64,000 nt of DNA. Source: Eledone cirrhosa (Eukaryota). The DNA lies in the NCBI GenBank assembly GCA_964016885.1, contig OZ024743.1, positions 131,874,001 to 131,938,000 on the forward strand, written 5' to 3'. How positions within the stretch are numbered: the stretch's first letter is position 1; each line of letters begins with the position of its first letter. Positions 24,230 to 36,600 of the stretch are shown here, piece by piece. The notes beneath the pieces are model-generated. The model saw only the letters and a program-made list of their open reading frames with translations, was not told the DNA's origin and searched no databases. The position numbers and the translations under genes are program-made.

Positions 24230-26310
24230 GTTTGGTGTTGTGTGCTTGGTGCTTGGTGGTTGGTGTTTGGTGCTTGGTGCTTGGTGCTTGGTGTTTGGTG
24301 CTTGGTGTTTGATGCTGCGTGCTTGGTGTTTGGTGTTTGGTGCTTGGTGGTTGGTGTTTGGTGTTTGGAGCTTGGTGCCTGGTGCTTGTTGTTTGGTGTT
24401 TGGCGCTTGGTGCTTGGTGTTTGGTGTTTGGTGCTTGGTGCTTGGTGCTTGGTATCTGGTGTTTGGTGCTTGATGTTTGGTGTTTGGTGCTTGGTGTTTG
24501 GTGTTTGGTGCTTGGTGCTTGGTGTTTGGTGCTTGGTGTTTGGTGTTTGCTGTTTGATGCTTGGTGTTTGCTGCTTGGTGCTTGGTGCTTGGTGTTTTGT
24601 GTTTGGTGTTTGATGCTGCGTGCTTGGTGTTTGGTGTTTGGTGCTTGGTGCTTGGTGTTTGGTGTTTGGAGCTTGGTGCCTGGTGCTTGTTGTTTGGTGT
24701 TTGGCGCTTGGTGCTTGGTGTTTGGTGTTTGGTGCTTGGTGCTTGGTGCTTGGTATCTGGTGTTAGGTGCTTGATGTTTGGTGTTTGGTGCTTGGTGTTT
24801 GGTGTTTGGTGCATGGTGCTTGGTGTTTGGTGCTTGGTGTTTGGTGTTTGGTGTTTGATGCTTGGTGTTTGCTGCTGGCTGCTTGCTGCTTGGTGTTTGG
24901 TGCTAGGGGCTTGGTGCTTGGTGCTTGGTGTTTGGTGCTTGGTGCTTGGTGCCTGGTGCTTGGTGCTTGGTGCTTGTTGTTTGGTGTTTGGTGCTTGGTG
25001 ATTATTGTTTGGTGCTTGGTGCTTGCGGTTTGGTGTTTGGTGCTTGGGGTTTGGTGTTTGGTGCTTGGTGCTTGGTGTTTGGTGCTTGGTGCTTGGTGCT
25101 TGGTGTTTGGTGCTTGGTGCTTGGTGTTTGGTGCTTGGTGCTTGGTGTTTGGTGTTTGGCGTTTGCTGTTTGCTGTTTGGTGTTTGGTGTTTTGGTGTTT
25201 GGTGCTTGGTGCTTGGTGTTTGGTGCTTGGTTCTTGGTGCTTGGTGCTTGGTGTTTGTTGATTGCTGCTTGGTGCTTGGTGTTTGGTGCTTGGTGCTTGG
25301 TGACTAGTGTTTGGTGATTGGTGCTTGGGGTTTGCTGTTTGGTGCTTGGTGTTTGGTGCTTGGTGCTTGCTGTTTGGTGTTTGGTGTTTGGTTCTTGGTG
25401 CTTGGTGTTTGGTGTTTGGTGTTTGGTGCTTGGTGCTTGGTGTTTGGTGCTTGGTGCTTGGTGCTTGGTGTTTGGTGCTGCGTGCTTGGTGTTTGGTGTT
25501 TGGTGCTTGGTGCTTGGTGTTTGATGTTTGGTCCTTGGTGCTTGGTGTTTGGTGTTGTGTGCTTGGTGCTTGGTGGTTGGTGTTTGGTGCTTGGTGCTTG
25601 GTGCTTGGTGTTTGGTGCTTGGTGTTTGATGCTGCGTGCTTGGTGTTTGGTGTTTGGTGCTTGGTGCTTGGTGTTTGGTGTTTGGAGCTTGGTGCCTGGT
25701 GCTTGTTGTTTGGTGTTTGGCGCTTGGTGCTTGGTGTTTTGTGTTTGGTGCTTGGTGCTTGGTGCTTGGTATCTGGTGTTTGGTGCTTGATGTTTGGTGT
25801 TTGGTGCTTGGTGTTTGGTGTTTGGTGCTTGGTGCTTGGTGTTTGGTGCTTGGTGTTTGGTGTTTGGTGTTTGATGCTTGGTGTTTGCTGCTTGGTGCTT
25901 GGTGTTTTGTGTTTGGTGTTTGATGCTGCGTGCTTGGTGTTTGGTGTTTGGTGCTTGGTGCTTGGTGTTTGGTGTTTGGAGCTTGGTGCCTGGTGCTTGT
26001 TGTTTGGTGTTTGGCGCTTGGTGCTTGGTGTTTGGTGTTTGGTGCTTGGTGCTTGGTGCTTGGTATCTGGTGTTAGGTGCTTGATGTTTGGTGTTTGGTG
26101 CTTGGTGTTTGGTGTTTGGTGCATGGTGCTTGGTGTTTGGTGCTTGGTGTTTGGTGTTTGGTGTTTGATGCTTGGTGTTTGCTGCTGGCTGCTTGCTGCT
26201 TGGTGTTTGGTGCTAGGGGCTTGGTGCTTGGTGCTTGGTGTTTGGTGCTTGGTGCTTGGTGCCTGGTGCTTGGTGCTTGGTGCTTGTTGTTTGGTGCTTG
26301 GTGCTTGGTG
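24230..26310 (+). repeat. About 1.31 kb-offset duplication (approx. 24230-25000 and 25545-26310)
   Basis: Offsets 1317 (24319/25636) and 1310 (24767/26077). Variants GGTATCTGGTGTTAGG and GCTGCTGGCTGCTT were seen only in these two copies. Confidence 0.85.
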
Positions 26311-29300
26311 ATTAGTGTTTGGTGCTTGGTGCTTGGTGCTTGGTGTTTGGTCCTTGGTGCTTGGTGCTTGGTCTTTGGTGCTTGTGTTTTGGTCTTTGGT
26401 GCTTGGTGCTTGGTGTTTGGTGCTTGGTTCTTGGTGCTTGGTGCTTGGTGTTTGTTGATTGCTGCTTGGTGCTTGGTGTTTGGTGCTTGGTGCTTGGTAA
26501 CTAGTGTTTGGTGATTGGTGCTTGGGGTTTGCTGTTTGGTGCTTGGTGTTTGGTGCTTGGTGCTTGGTGTTTGGTGTTTGGTGTTTGGTGCTTGGTGCTT
26601 GGTGTTTGGTGCTTGGTGCTTGGTGCTTGGTGTTTGGTGCTGCGTGCTTGGTGTTTGGTGTTTGGTGCTTGGTGCCTGGTGCTTGTTGTTTGGTGCTTAG
26701 TGCTTGGTGTTTGGTGTTTGGTGGTTGGTGCTTGGTGGCTGGTGCTTGGTGCTTGGTGTTTGGAATTTGGTGCTTGGTGCTTGGTGCCTGGTGTTTCGTG
26801 CTTGGTGCTTGGTGTTTGGTGTTTGGTGCTTGGTGTTTGGTGTTTGGTACTTGGTGCTTGGTGCTTGGTGCTTGGTGTTTGGTGCTTGGTGTTTGATGCT
26901 GCGTGCTTGGTGTTTGGTGTTTGGTGCTTGGTGCTTGGTGTTTGGTGTTTGGAGCTTGGTGCCTGCTGCTTGTTGTTTGGTGTTTGGTGCTTGGTGCTTG
27001 GTGCTTGGTATCTGGTGTTTGGTGCTTGGTGCTTGGTGTTTGGTGCTTGGTGTTTGGTGTTTGGTGTTTGATGCTTGGTGTTTGCTGCTTGGTGCTTGGT
27101 GCTTGGTGTTTTGTGTTTGGTGCTTGGTGCTTGGTGCCTGGTGCTTGTTGCTTGGTGCTTGTTGATTGGTGCTTGGTGCTTGGTGATTAGTGTTTGGTGC
27201 TTGGTGCGTGCGGTTTGATGTTTGGTGCTTGGGGTTTGGTGTTTGGTGCTTGGTGCTTGGTGTTTGGTGCTTGGTGCTTGGTGCTTGGTGCTTGGTGCTT
27301 GGTGTTTGGTGCTTGGTGTTTGGTGCTTGGTGCTTGGTGCTTGGTGCTTGGTGTTAGGTGTTTGGTGCTTGGTGCTTGGTGTTTGATGTTTGGTCCTTGG
27401 TGCTTGGTGTTTGGTGTTTGTTGCTTGGTGCTTGGTGTTTGGTGTTTGGTGCTTGCTGCTTGCTGCTTGGTGTTTGGTGCTTGGTGATTGGTGCTTGGTG
27501 TTTTGTGCTTGGTGCTTGGTGTTTGGTGTTTGGTGCTAGGGGCTTGGTGCTTCGTGCTTGGTGTTTGGTGCTTGGTGCTTGCTGTTTGGTGTTTGGTGCT
27601 TGGTGCGTGGGACTTAGTGTTTGGTGTTTGGTGCTTGGTGTTTGGTGCTTGGTGTTTGGTGCTTGGTGTTTGGGGCTTGGTGTTCGGTGCTTGGTGCTTG
27701 GTGCTTGGGGCTTGGTGTTTGGTGTTTGGTGCTTGGTGCTTGGTGTTTGATGTTGGGTCCTTGGTGCTTGGTGTTTGGTGTTTGGTGCTTGGTGCTTGGT
27801 GTTTGGTGTTTGGTGCTTGGTGCATGGGGCTTGGTGTTTGGTGCTTGGTGCTTGGTGTTTGGTGCTTCTGCTTGGGGCTTGGTACTTGGTGCTTGGTGCT
27901 TGGTGCTTGGTGTTTGGTGTTTGCTGTTTGCTGTTTGGTGTTTGGTGTTTGCTGTTTGGTGTTTGCTGTTTGGTGTTTGGTGTTTGGTGCTTGCTGTTTG
28001 GTGCTTGGTGCTTGGTGTTTGGTGTTTGGTGCTTGGTGTTTGGTGCTTGGTGCTTGGTGCTGGGTGTTTGGTGCTTGGTGCTTGGTGTTTGGTGCTTGGT
28101 GCTTGGTGCTTGGTGCTTGGTCCTTGGTGCTTGGTGCTTGGTGCTTGGTCTTTGGTGCTTGGGTTTTGGTGTTTGGTGCTTGGTGCTTGGTGTTTGGTGC
28201 TTGGTGCTTGGTGCTTGGTGTTTGGTGCTTGCTGCTTGGCGCTTGGTTTTTGGTGCTTGGTGCTTGGTGATTAGTGTTTGGTGATTGGTGCTTGGGGTTT
28301 GGTGTTTGGGGGCTTGGTGTTTGGTGCGTGGTGCTTGCTGTTTGGTGTTTGGTGCTGGGTGTTTGGTGCTTGGTGCTTGGTGTTTGGTGCTTGGTGCTTG
28401 GTGCTTGGTGCTTGGTGTTTGGTGCCTGGTGCTTGGTGCTTGGTGCTTGCTGTTTGGTGTTTGGTGTTTGGTTCTTGGTGCTTGGTGTTTGGTGTTTGGT
28501 GCTTGGTGCTTGGTGCTTGGTGTTTGGTGCTTGGTGCTTGGTGATTAGTGTTTGGTGATTGGTGCTTGGGGTTTGGTGTTTGGTGCTTGGTGTTTGGTGC
28601 TTGGTGCTTGCTGTTTGGTGTTTGGTGTTTGGTTCTTGGTGCTTGGTGTTTGGTGTTTGGTGCTTGGTGCTTGGTGATTGGTGTTTGGTGCTTGGTGCTT
28701 GGTGCTTGGTGTTTGGTTCTGCGTGCTTGTTGTTTGGTGTTTGGTGCTTGGTGCCTGGGGCTTGTTGTTTGGTGTTTGGTGCTTGGTGCTTGGTGCTTGG
28801 TGTTAGGTGTTTGGTGCTTGGTGCTTGGTGTTTGATGTTTGGTCCTTGGTGCTTGTTGTTTGGTGTTTGGTGCTTGGTGCTTGGTGTTTGGTGTTTGGTG
28901 CTTGCTGCTTGCTGCTTGGTGTTTGGTGCTTGGTGATTGGTGCATGGTGTTTTATGCTTGGTGCTTGGTGTTTGGTGCTAGGGGCTTGGTGCTTGATGCT
29001 TGGTGTTTGGTGCTTGGTGCTTGCTGTTTGGTGCTTGGTGCTTGGTGCTTGGTGTTTGGTGTATGGTGTTTGGTGCTTGGTGTTTGGTGCTTGGTGCTTG
29101 GTGCTGGGTGGTTGGTGTTTGGTGTTTGGTGCTTGGTGATTGGTGCTTATTGTTTGGTGCTTGGTGCTTGGTGCTTGGTGCTTGGTCTTTGATGCTTGGT
29201 GTTTGGTGTTTGGTGCTTGGTGCTTGGTGCTTGGTGATTAGTGTTTGGTGCTTGGTGCTTAGTGTTTTGTGCTTGGTGTTTGGTGCTTGGTGCTTGGTGT

Positions 29301-32300
29301 TTGGTGTTTGGTGCTTGGTGCTTGGGGCTTGGTGTTTGGTGCTTAGTGTTTGGTGCTTGGTGTTTGGTGCTTGGCACTTGGTGCTTGGTGTTTGGTGTAT
29401 GGTGTTTGGTGCTTGGTGTTTGGTGCTTGGTGCTTGGTGCTGGGTGGTTGGTGTTTGGTGTTTGGTGCTTGGTGATTGGTGCTTATTGTTTGGTGCTTGG
29501 CGCTTGGTGCTTGGTGCTTGGTGCTTGGTCTTTGGTGCTTGGTGTTTGGTGTTTGGTGCTTGGTGCTTGGTGCTTGGTGATTAGTGTTTGGTGCTTGGTG
29601 CTTGGTGCCTGGTGCTTGGTGCTTGGTGCTTGTTGTTTGGTGCTTGGTGCTTGGTGATTAGTGTTTGGTGCTTGGTGCTTGGGGTTTGGTGTTTGGTGCT
29701 TGGTGTTTGGTGTTTGGTGCTTGGTGCTTGGTGTTTGGTGCTTGGTGCTTGGTGTTTGGTGCTTGGTGCTTTGTGTTTGGTGCTTGGTGTTTGGTGCTTA
29801 GTGCTTGGTGCTTGGTGCTTGGTGTTAGGTGTTTGGTGCTTGGTGATTGGTGTTTGATGTTAGGTTCTTGGTGCTTGGTGTTTGGTGTTTGGTGCTTGGT
29901 GCTTGGTGTTTGGTGTTTGGTGCTTGCTGCTTGGTGCTTGGTGTTTTGTGTTTGGAGTTTGGTGCTTGGTGTTTGGTGCTTGGTGCTTGGTGTTTGGTGT
30001 TTGGTGTTTGGTGTTTGGTGATTGGTGCTTTGTGTTTGGTGCTTGGTGCTTGGTGCTTGGTTCTTGGTGTTAGGCGTTTGGTGCTTGGAGCTTGGTGTTT
30101 GATGTTTGGTCCTTGGTGCTTGGTGTTTGGTATTTGGAGCTTGGTGCTTGGTGTTTGGTGTTTGGTGCTTGCTGCTTGCTGCTTGGTGTTTGGTGCTAGG
30201 GACTTGGTGCTTGGTGCTTGGTGTTTGGTGCTTGGTGTTTGGTGTTTGGTGCTTGGTGCGTGGGACTTGGTGTTTGGTGCTTGGTGTTTGGTGCTTGGTG
30301 TTTGGTGCTTGGTGCCTGGTGCTTGGTGTTTGGTGTTTGGTGCTTGGTGTTTGGTGCTTGGTGTTTGGTACTTGGTGTTCGGTGCTTGGTGCTTGGTGCT
30401 TGGTGCTTGGTGTTTGGTGTTTGGTGCTTGGTGCTTGGTGTTTGATGTTTGGTCCTTGGTGCTTGGTGTTTGGTGTTGTGTGCTTGGTGCTTGGTGCTTG
30501 GTGTTTGGTGCTTGGTGCTTGGTGCTTGGTGTTTGGCGTTTGCTGTTTGCTGTTTGCTGTTTGGTGTTTGCTGTTTGGTGTTTGCTGTTTGGTGTTTGGT
30601 GTTTGGTGCTTGGTGCTTGGTGTTTGGTGCTTGGTGCTTGGTGCTTGGTGTTTGGTCCTTGGTGCTTGGTGCTTGGTCTTTGGTGCTTGGGTTTTGGTGT
30701 TTGGTGCTTGGTGCTTGGTGTTTGGTGCTTGGTGCTTGGTGCTTGGTGCTTGGTGTTTGGTGCTTGCTGTTTGGTGCTTGGTGTTTGGTGCTTGGTGCTT
30801 GGTGATTAGTGTTTGGTGCTTGGTGCTTCGGGTTTGGTGTTTGGGGCTTGGTGTTTGGTGCTTGGTGCTTGCTGTTTGGTGATTGGTGTTTGGTTCTTGG
30901 TGCTTGGTGTTTGGTGTTTGGTGTTTGGTGCTTGGTGCTTGGTGCTTGGTGTTTGGTGCTTGGTGCTTGGTGCTTGGTGTTTGGTGCTGCGTGCTTGGTG
31001 TTTGGTGTTTGGTGCTTGGTGCCTGGTGCCTGTTGTTTGGTGTTTGGTGCTTAGTGCTTGGTGTTTGGTGTTTGGTGCTTGGTGCTTGGTGGCTGGTGTT
31101 TGATGCTTGGTGTTTGAGTTTGGTGCTTGGTGCTTGGTGCCTGGTGTTTCGTGCTTGGTGCTTGGTGCTTGGTGTTTGGTGTATGGTGCTTGGTGTTTGG
31201 TGTTTGGTACTTGGTGCTTGGTGCTTCTTGCTTGGTGTTTGGTGCTTGGTGTTTGATGCTGCGTGCTTGGTGTTTGGTGTTTGGTGCTTGGTGCTTGGTG
31301 TTTGGTGTTTGGAGCTTGGTGCCTGGTGCTTGTTGTTTGGTGTTTGGCGCTTGGTGCTTGGTGTTTGGTGTTTGGTGCTTGGTGCTTGGTGCTTGGTATC
31401 TGGTGTTTGGTGCTTGATGTTTGGTGTTTGGTGCTTGGTGTTTGGTGTTTGGTGCTTGGTGCTTGGTGTTTGGTGCTTGGTGTTTGGTGCTTGGTGTTTG
31501 ATGCTTGGTGTTTGCTGCTTGGTGCTTGGTGCTTGGTGTTTTGTGTTTGGTGCTTGGTGTTTGGTGCCTGGTGCTTGGTGCTTGGTGATTGTTGTTTGGT
31601 GCTTGGTGCTTGGTGATTAGTGTTTGGTGCTTGGTGCTTGCGGTTTGGTGTTTGGTGCTTGGAGTTTGGTGTTTGGTGCTTGGTGCTTGGTGTTTGGTGC
31701 TTGGTGCTTGGTGCTTGGTGTTTGGTGCTTGGTGCTTGGTGTTTGGTGCTTGGTGCTTTGTGTTTGGTGTTTGGCGTTTGCTGTTTGCTGTTTGGTGTTT
31801 GGTGTTTGCTGTTTGGTGTTTGCTGTTTGGTGTTTGGTGTTTGGTGCTTGCTGTTTGGTGCTTGGTGCTTGGTGTTTGGTGTTTGGTGTTTGGTGCTTGG
31901 TGCTTGGTGTTTGGTGCTTGGTGCTTGGTGCTGGGTGTTTGGTGCTTGGTGCTTGGTGTTTGGTTGTTGGTGCTTGGTGCTTGGTGTTTGGTCCTTGGTG
32001 CTTGGTGCTTGGTCTTTGGTGCTTGGGTTTTGGTGTTTGGTGCTTGGTGCTTGGTGTTTGGTGCTTGGTTCTTGGTGCTTGGTGCTTGGTGTTTGGTGAT
32101 TGCTGCTTGGTGCTTGGTGTTTGGTGCTTGGTGCTTGGTGATTAGTGTTTGGTGATTGGTGCTGGGGGTTTTCTGTTTGGTGCTTGGTGTTTGGTGCTTG
32201 GTGCTTGCTGTTTGGTGTTTGGTGTTTGGTTCTTGGTGCTTGGTTTTTGGTGTTTGGTGTTTGGTGCTTGGTGCTTAGTGCTTGGTGTTTGGTGCTTGGT

Positions 32301-33679
32301 GCTTGGTGCTTGGTGTTTGGTGCTGCGTGCTTGGTGTTTGGTGTTTGGTGCTTGGTGCCTGGTGCTTGTTGTTTGGTGTTTGGTGCTTAGTGCATGGTGT
32401 TTGGTGTTTGGTGCTTGGTGCTTGGTGGCTGGTGCTTGGTGCTTGGTGTTTGGAGTTTGGTGCTTGGTGCTTGGTGCCTGGTGTTTCGTGCTTGGTGCTT
32501 GGTGCTTGGTGTTTGGTGTTTGGTGCTTGGTGTTTGGTGTTTAGAACTTGGTGCTTGGTGCTTGGTGCTTGGTGTTTGGTGCTTGGTGTTTGATGCTGCG
32601 TGCTTGGTGTTTGGTGTTTGGTTCTTGGTGCTTGGTGTTTGGTGTTTGGAGCTTGGTGCCTGCTGCTTGTTGTTTGGTGTTTGGTGCTTGATGTTTGGTG
32701 TTTGTTGCTTGGTGCTTGGTGCTTGGTGTTTGGTGTTTGGTGCTTGGTGCTTGGTGTTTGGAGCTTGGTGTTTGGTGTTTGGTGTTTGATGCTTGGTGTT
32801 TGCTGCTTGGTGCTTGGTGCTTGGTGTTTTGTGTTTGGTGCTTGGTGCTTGGTGCCTGGTGCTTGGTGCTTGGTGCTTGTTGTTTGGTGCTTGGTGCTTG
32901 GTGATTAGTGTTTGGTGCTTGGTGCTTGCGGTTTGATGTTTGGTGCTTGGGGTTTGGTGTTGGGTGCTTGGTGCTTGGTGTTTGGTGCTTGGTGCTTGGT
33001 GCTTGGTGTTTGGTGCTTGGTGCTTGGTGTTTGGTGCTTGGTGCTTGGTGTTTGGTGCTTGGTGTTTGGTGCTTGGTGCTTGGTGCTCGGTGCTTGGTGT
33101 TAGGTGTTTGGTGCTTGGTGCTTGGTGTTTGGTGTTTGGTCCTTGGTGCTTGGTGTTTGGTGTTTGGTGCTTGGTGCTTGGTGTTTGGTGTTTGGTGCTT
33201 GCTGCTTGCTGCTTGGTGTTTGGTGCTTGGTGATTGGTGCTTGGTGTTTTGTGCTTGGTGCTTGGTGTTTGGTGTTTGGTGCTAGGGGCTTGGTGCTTGG
33301 TGCTTGGTGTTTGGTGCTTGGTGCTTGCTGTTTGGTGTTTGGTGCTTGGTGCGTGGGACTTAGTGTTTGGTGTTTGGTGCTTGGTGTTGGGTGCTTGGTG
33401 TTTGGTGCTTGATGTTTGGGGCTTCGTGTTCGGTGCTTGGTGCTTGGTGCTTGGGGCTTGGTGTTTGGTGTTTGGTGCTTGGTGCTTGGTGTTTGATGTT
33501 GGGTCCTTGGTGCTTGGTGTTTGGTGTTTGGTGCTTGGTGTTTGGTGTTTGGTGCTTGGTGCTTGGTGTTTGGTGTTTGGTGCTTGGTGATTGGGGCTTG
33601 GTGTTTGGTGCTTCTGCTTGGGGCTTGGTAGTTGGTGCTTGGTGCTTGGTGCCTGGTGTTTGGTGTTTGGTGTTTGGTG

Positions 33680-36600
33680 CTTGGTGTATGGTGCTTGGTG
33701 CTTGGTGCTGGGTGGTTGGTGTTTGGTGCTTGGTGCTTGGTGTTTGGTGCTTGGTGCTTGGTGCTTGTTGTTTGGTGCTTGGTGCTTGGTGCTTGGTCTT
33801 TGGTGCATGGTGTTTGGTGTTTCGCGCTTGGTGCTTGGTGCTTCGTGATTGGTGCTTGGTGCTTGGTGCTTGGTGTTTGGTGCTTGGTGCTTGGTGATTA
33901 GTGTTTGTTGCTTGGTGCTTGGGGTTTGGTGGTTGGTGCTTGGTGCTTGGTGTTTGGTGTTTGGTGTTTGGTGTTTGCTGTTTGCTGTTTGGTGTCTGCT
34001 TTTTGGTGTTTGGTGTTTGCTGTATGGTGTTTGCTGTTTCGTATTTGGTTTTTGCTGTTTGGTGTTTGGTGTTTGCTGTTTGGTGTTTGGTGTTTGGTGT
34101 TTGGTGCTTGGTGCTTGGTGTTTGGCGTTTGGTGCTTGGTGCTTGGTGTTTGGTGCTTGGTGCTTGGTGTTTGGTGTTTGGTGCTTGGTGCCTGGTGCTT
34201 GTTGTATGGTGTTTGGTGCTTGGTGCTTGGTGTTTGGTGTTTGCTGCTTGGTGTCTGGTGTTTGGTACTTGGTGTTTGGTGTTTGGTGCTTGGTGTATGG
34301 TGCTTGGTGCTTGGTGCTGGGTGGTTGGTGTTTGGTGCTTGGTGCTTGGTGTTTGGTGCTTGGTGCCTGGTGCTTGTTGTATGGTGTTTGGTGCTTGGTG
34401 CTTGGTGTTTGGTGTTTGCTGCTTGGTGTCTGGTGTTTGGTGCTTGGTGTTTGGTGTTTGGTGCTTGGTGTATGGTGCTTGGTGCTTGGTGCTGGGTGGT
34501 TGGCGCTTGGTGCTTTGTGCTTCGTGATTGGTGCTTGGTGCTTGGTGCTTGGTGTTTGGTGCTTGGTGCTTGGTGATTAGTGTTTGTTGCTTGGTGCTTG
34601 GGGTTTGGTGGTTGGTGCTTGGTGCTTGGTGTTTGGTGTTTGCTGTTTGGTGTCTGCTTTTTGGTGTTTGGTGTTTGTTGTATGGTGTTTGCTGTTTCGT
34701 ATTTGGTTTTTGCTGTTTGGTGTTTGGTGTTTGCTGTTTGGTGTTTGGTGTTTGGTGTTTGGTGCTTGGTGCTTGGTGTTTGGCGTTTGGTGCTTGGTGC
34801 TTGGTGTTTGGTGCTTGGTGCTTGGTGTTTGGTGTTTGGTGCTTGGTGCCTGGTGCTTGTTGTATGGTGTTTGGTGCTTGGTGCTTGGTGTTTGGTGTTT
34901 GGTGCTTGGTGCTTGGTGTTTGGTGTTTGGTGCTGGGTGCATGGCGTTTGGTGTTTGGTGCTTAGTGCTTGGTGTTTGGTGTTTGATGCTTGGTGTGTGG
35001 TGCTTGGTGCTTGGTGTTTTGTGTTTGGTGCTTGGTGCTTGGTGCCTGGTGCTTGGTGCCTGGTGTTTGGTGTTTGGTGTTTGATGCTTGGTGTTTGGTG
35101 TTTGGTGTTTGGTACTTGGTGTTCGGTGCTTGGTGCTTGGTGCTTGGTGCTTGGTGTTTGGTGTTTGGTGATTGGTGCTTGGTGTTTGATGTTTGGTCCT
35201 TGGTGCTTGGTGTTTGGTGTTGTGTGCTTGGTGCTTGGTGCTTGGTGTTTGGTGCTTGGTGCTTGGTGTATGGTGCTTGGTGCTTGGTGCTGGGTGGTTG
35301 GTGTTTGGTGCTTGGTGCTTGGTGTTTGGTGCTTGGTGCTTGGTGCTTGTTGTTTGGTGCTTGGTGCTTGGTGCTTGGTCTTTGGTGCATGGTGTTTGGT
35401 GTTTCGCGCTTGGTGCTTGGTGCTTCGTGATTGGTGCTTGGTGCTTGGTGCTTGGTGTTTGGTGCTTGGTGCTTGGTGATTAGTGTTTGTTGCTTGGTGC
35501 TTGGGGTTTGGTGGTTGGTGCTTGGTGCTTGGTGTTTGGTGTTTGGTGTTTGGTGTTTGCTGTTTGCTGTTTGGTGTCTGCTTTTTGGTGTTTGGTGTTT
35601 GCTGTATGGTGTTTGCTGTTTCGTATTTGGTTTTTGCTGTTTGGTGTTTGGTGTTTGCTGTTTGGTGTTTGGTGTTTGGTGTTTGGTGCTTGGTGCTTGG
35701 TGTTTGGCGTTTGGTGCTTGGTGCTTGGTGTTTGGTGCTTGGTGCTTGGTGTTTGGTGTTTGGTGCTTGGTGCCTGGTGCTTGTTGTATGGTGTTTGGTG
35801 CTTGGTGCTTGGTGTTTGGTGTTTGCTGCTTGGTGTCTGGTGTTTGGTGCTTGGTGTTTGGTGTTTGGTGCTTGGTGTATGGTGCTTGGTGCTTGGTGCT
35901 GGGTGGTTGGTGTTTGGTGCTTGGTGCTTGGTGTTTGGTGCTTGGTGCCTGGTGCTTGTTGTATGGTGTTTGGTGCTTGGTGCTTGGTGTTTGGTGTTTG
36001 CTGCTTGGTGGCTGGTGTTTGGTGCTTGGTGTTTGGTGTTTGGTGCTTGGTGTATGGTGCTTGGTGCTTGGTGCTGGGTGGTTGGCGCTTGGTGCTTTGT
36101 GCTTCGTGATTGGTGCTTGGTGCTTGGTGCTTGGTGTTTGGTGCTTGGTGCTTGGTGATTAGTGTTTGTTGCTTGGTGCTTGGGGTTTGGTGGTTGGTGC
36201 TTGGTGCTTGGTGTTTGGTGTTTGCTGTTTGGTGTCTGCTTTTTGGTGTTTGGTGTTTGTTGTATGGTGTTTGCTGTTTCGTATTTGGTTTTTGCTGTTT
36301 GGTGTTTGGTGTTTGCTGTTTGGTGTTTGGTGTTTGGTGTTTGGTGCTTGGTGCTTGGTGTTTGGCGTTTGGTGCTTGGTGCTTGGTGTTTGGTGCTTGG
36401 TGCTTGGTGTTTGGTGTTTGGTGCTTGGTGCCTGGTGCTTGTTGTATGGTGTTTGGTGCTTGGTGCTTGGTGTTTGGTGTTTGGTGCTTGGTGCTTGGTG
36501 TTTGGTGTTTGGTGCTGGGTGCATGGCGTTTGGTGTTTGGTGCTTAGTGCTTGGTGTTTGGTGTTTGATGCTTGGTGTGTGGTGCTTGGTGCTTGGTGTT

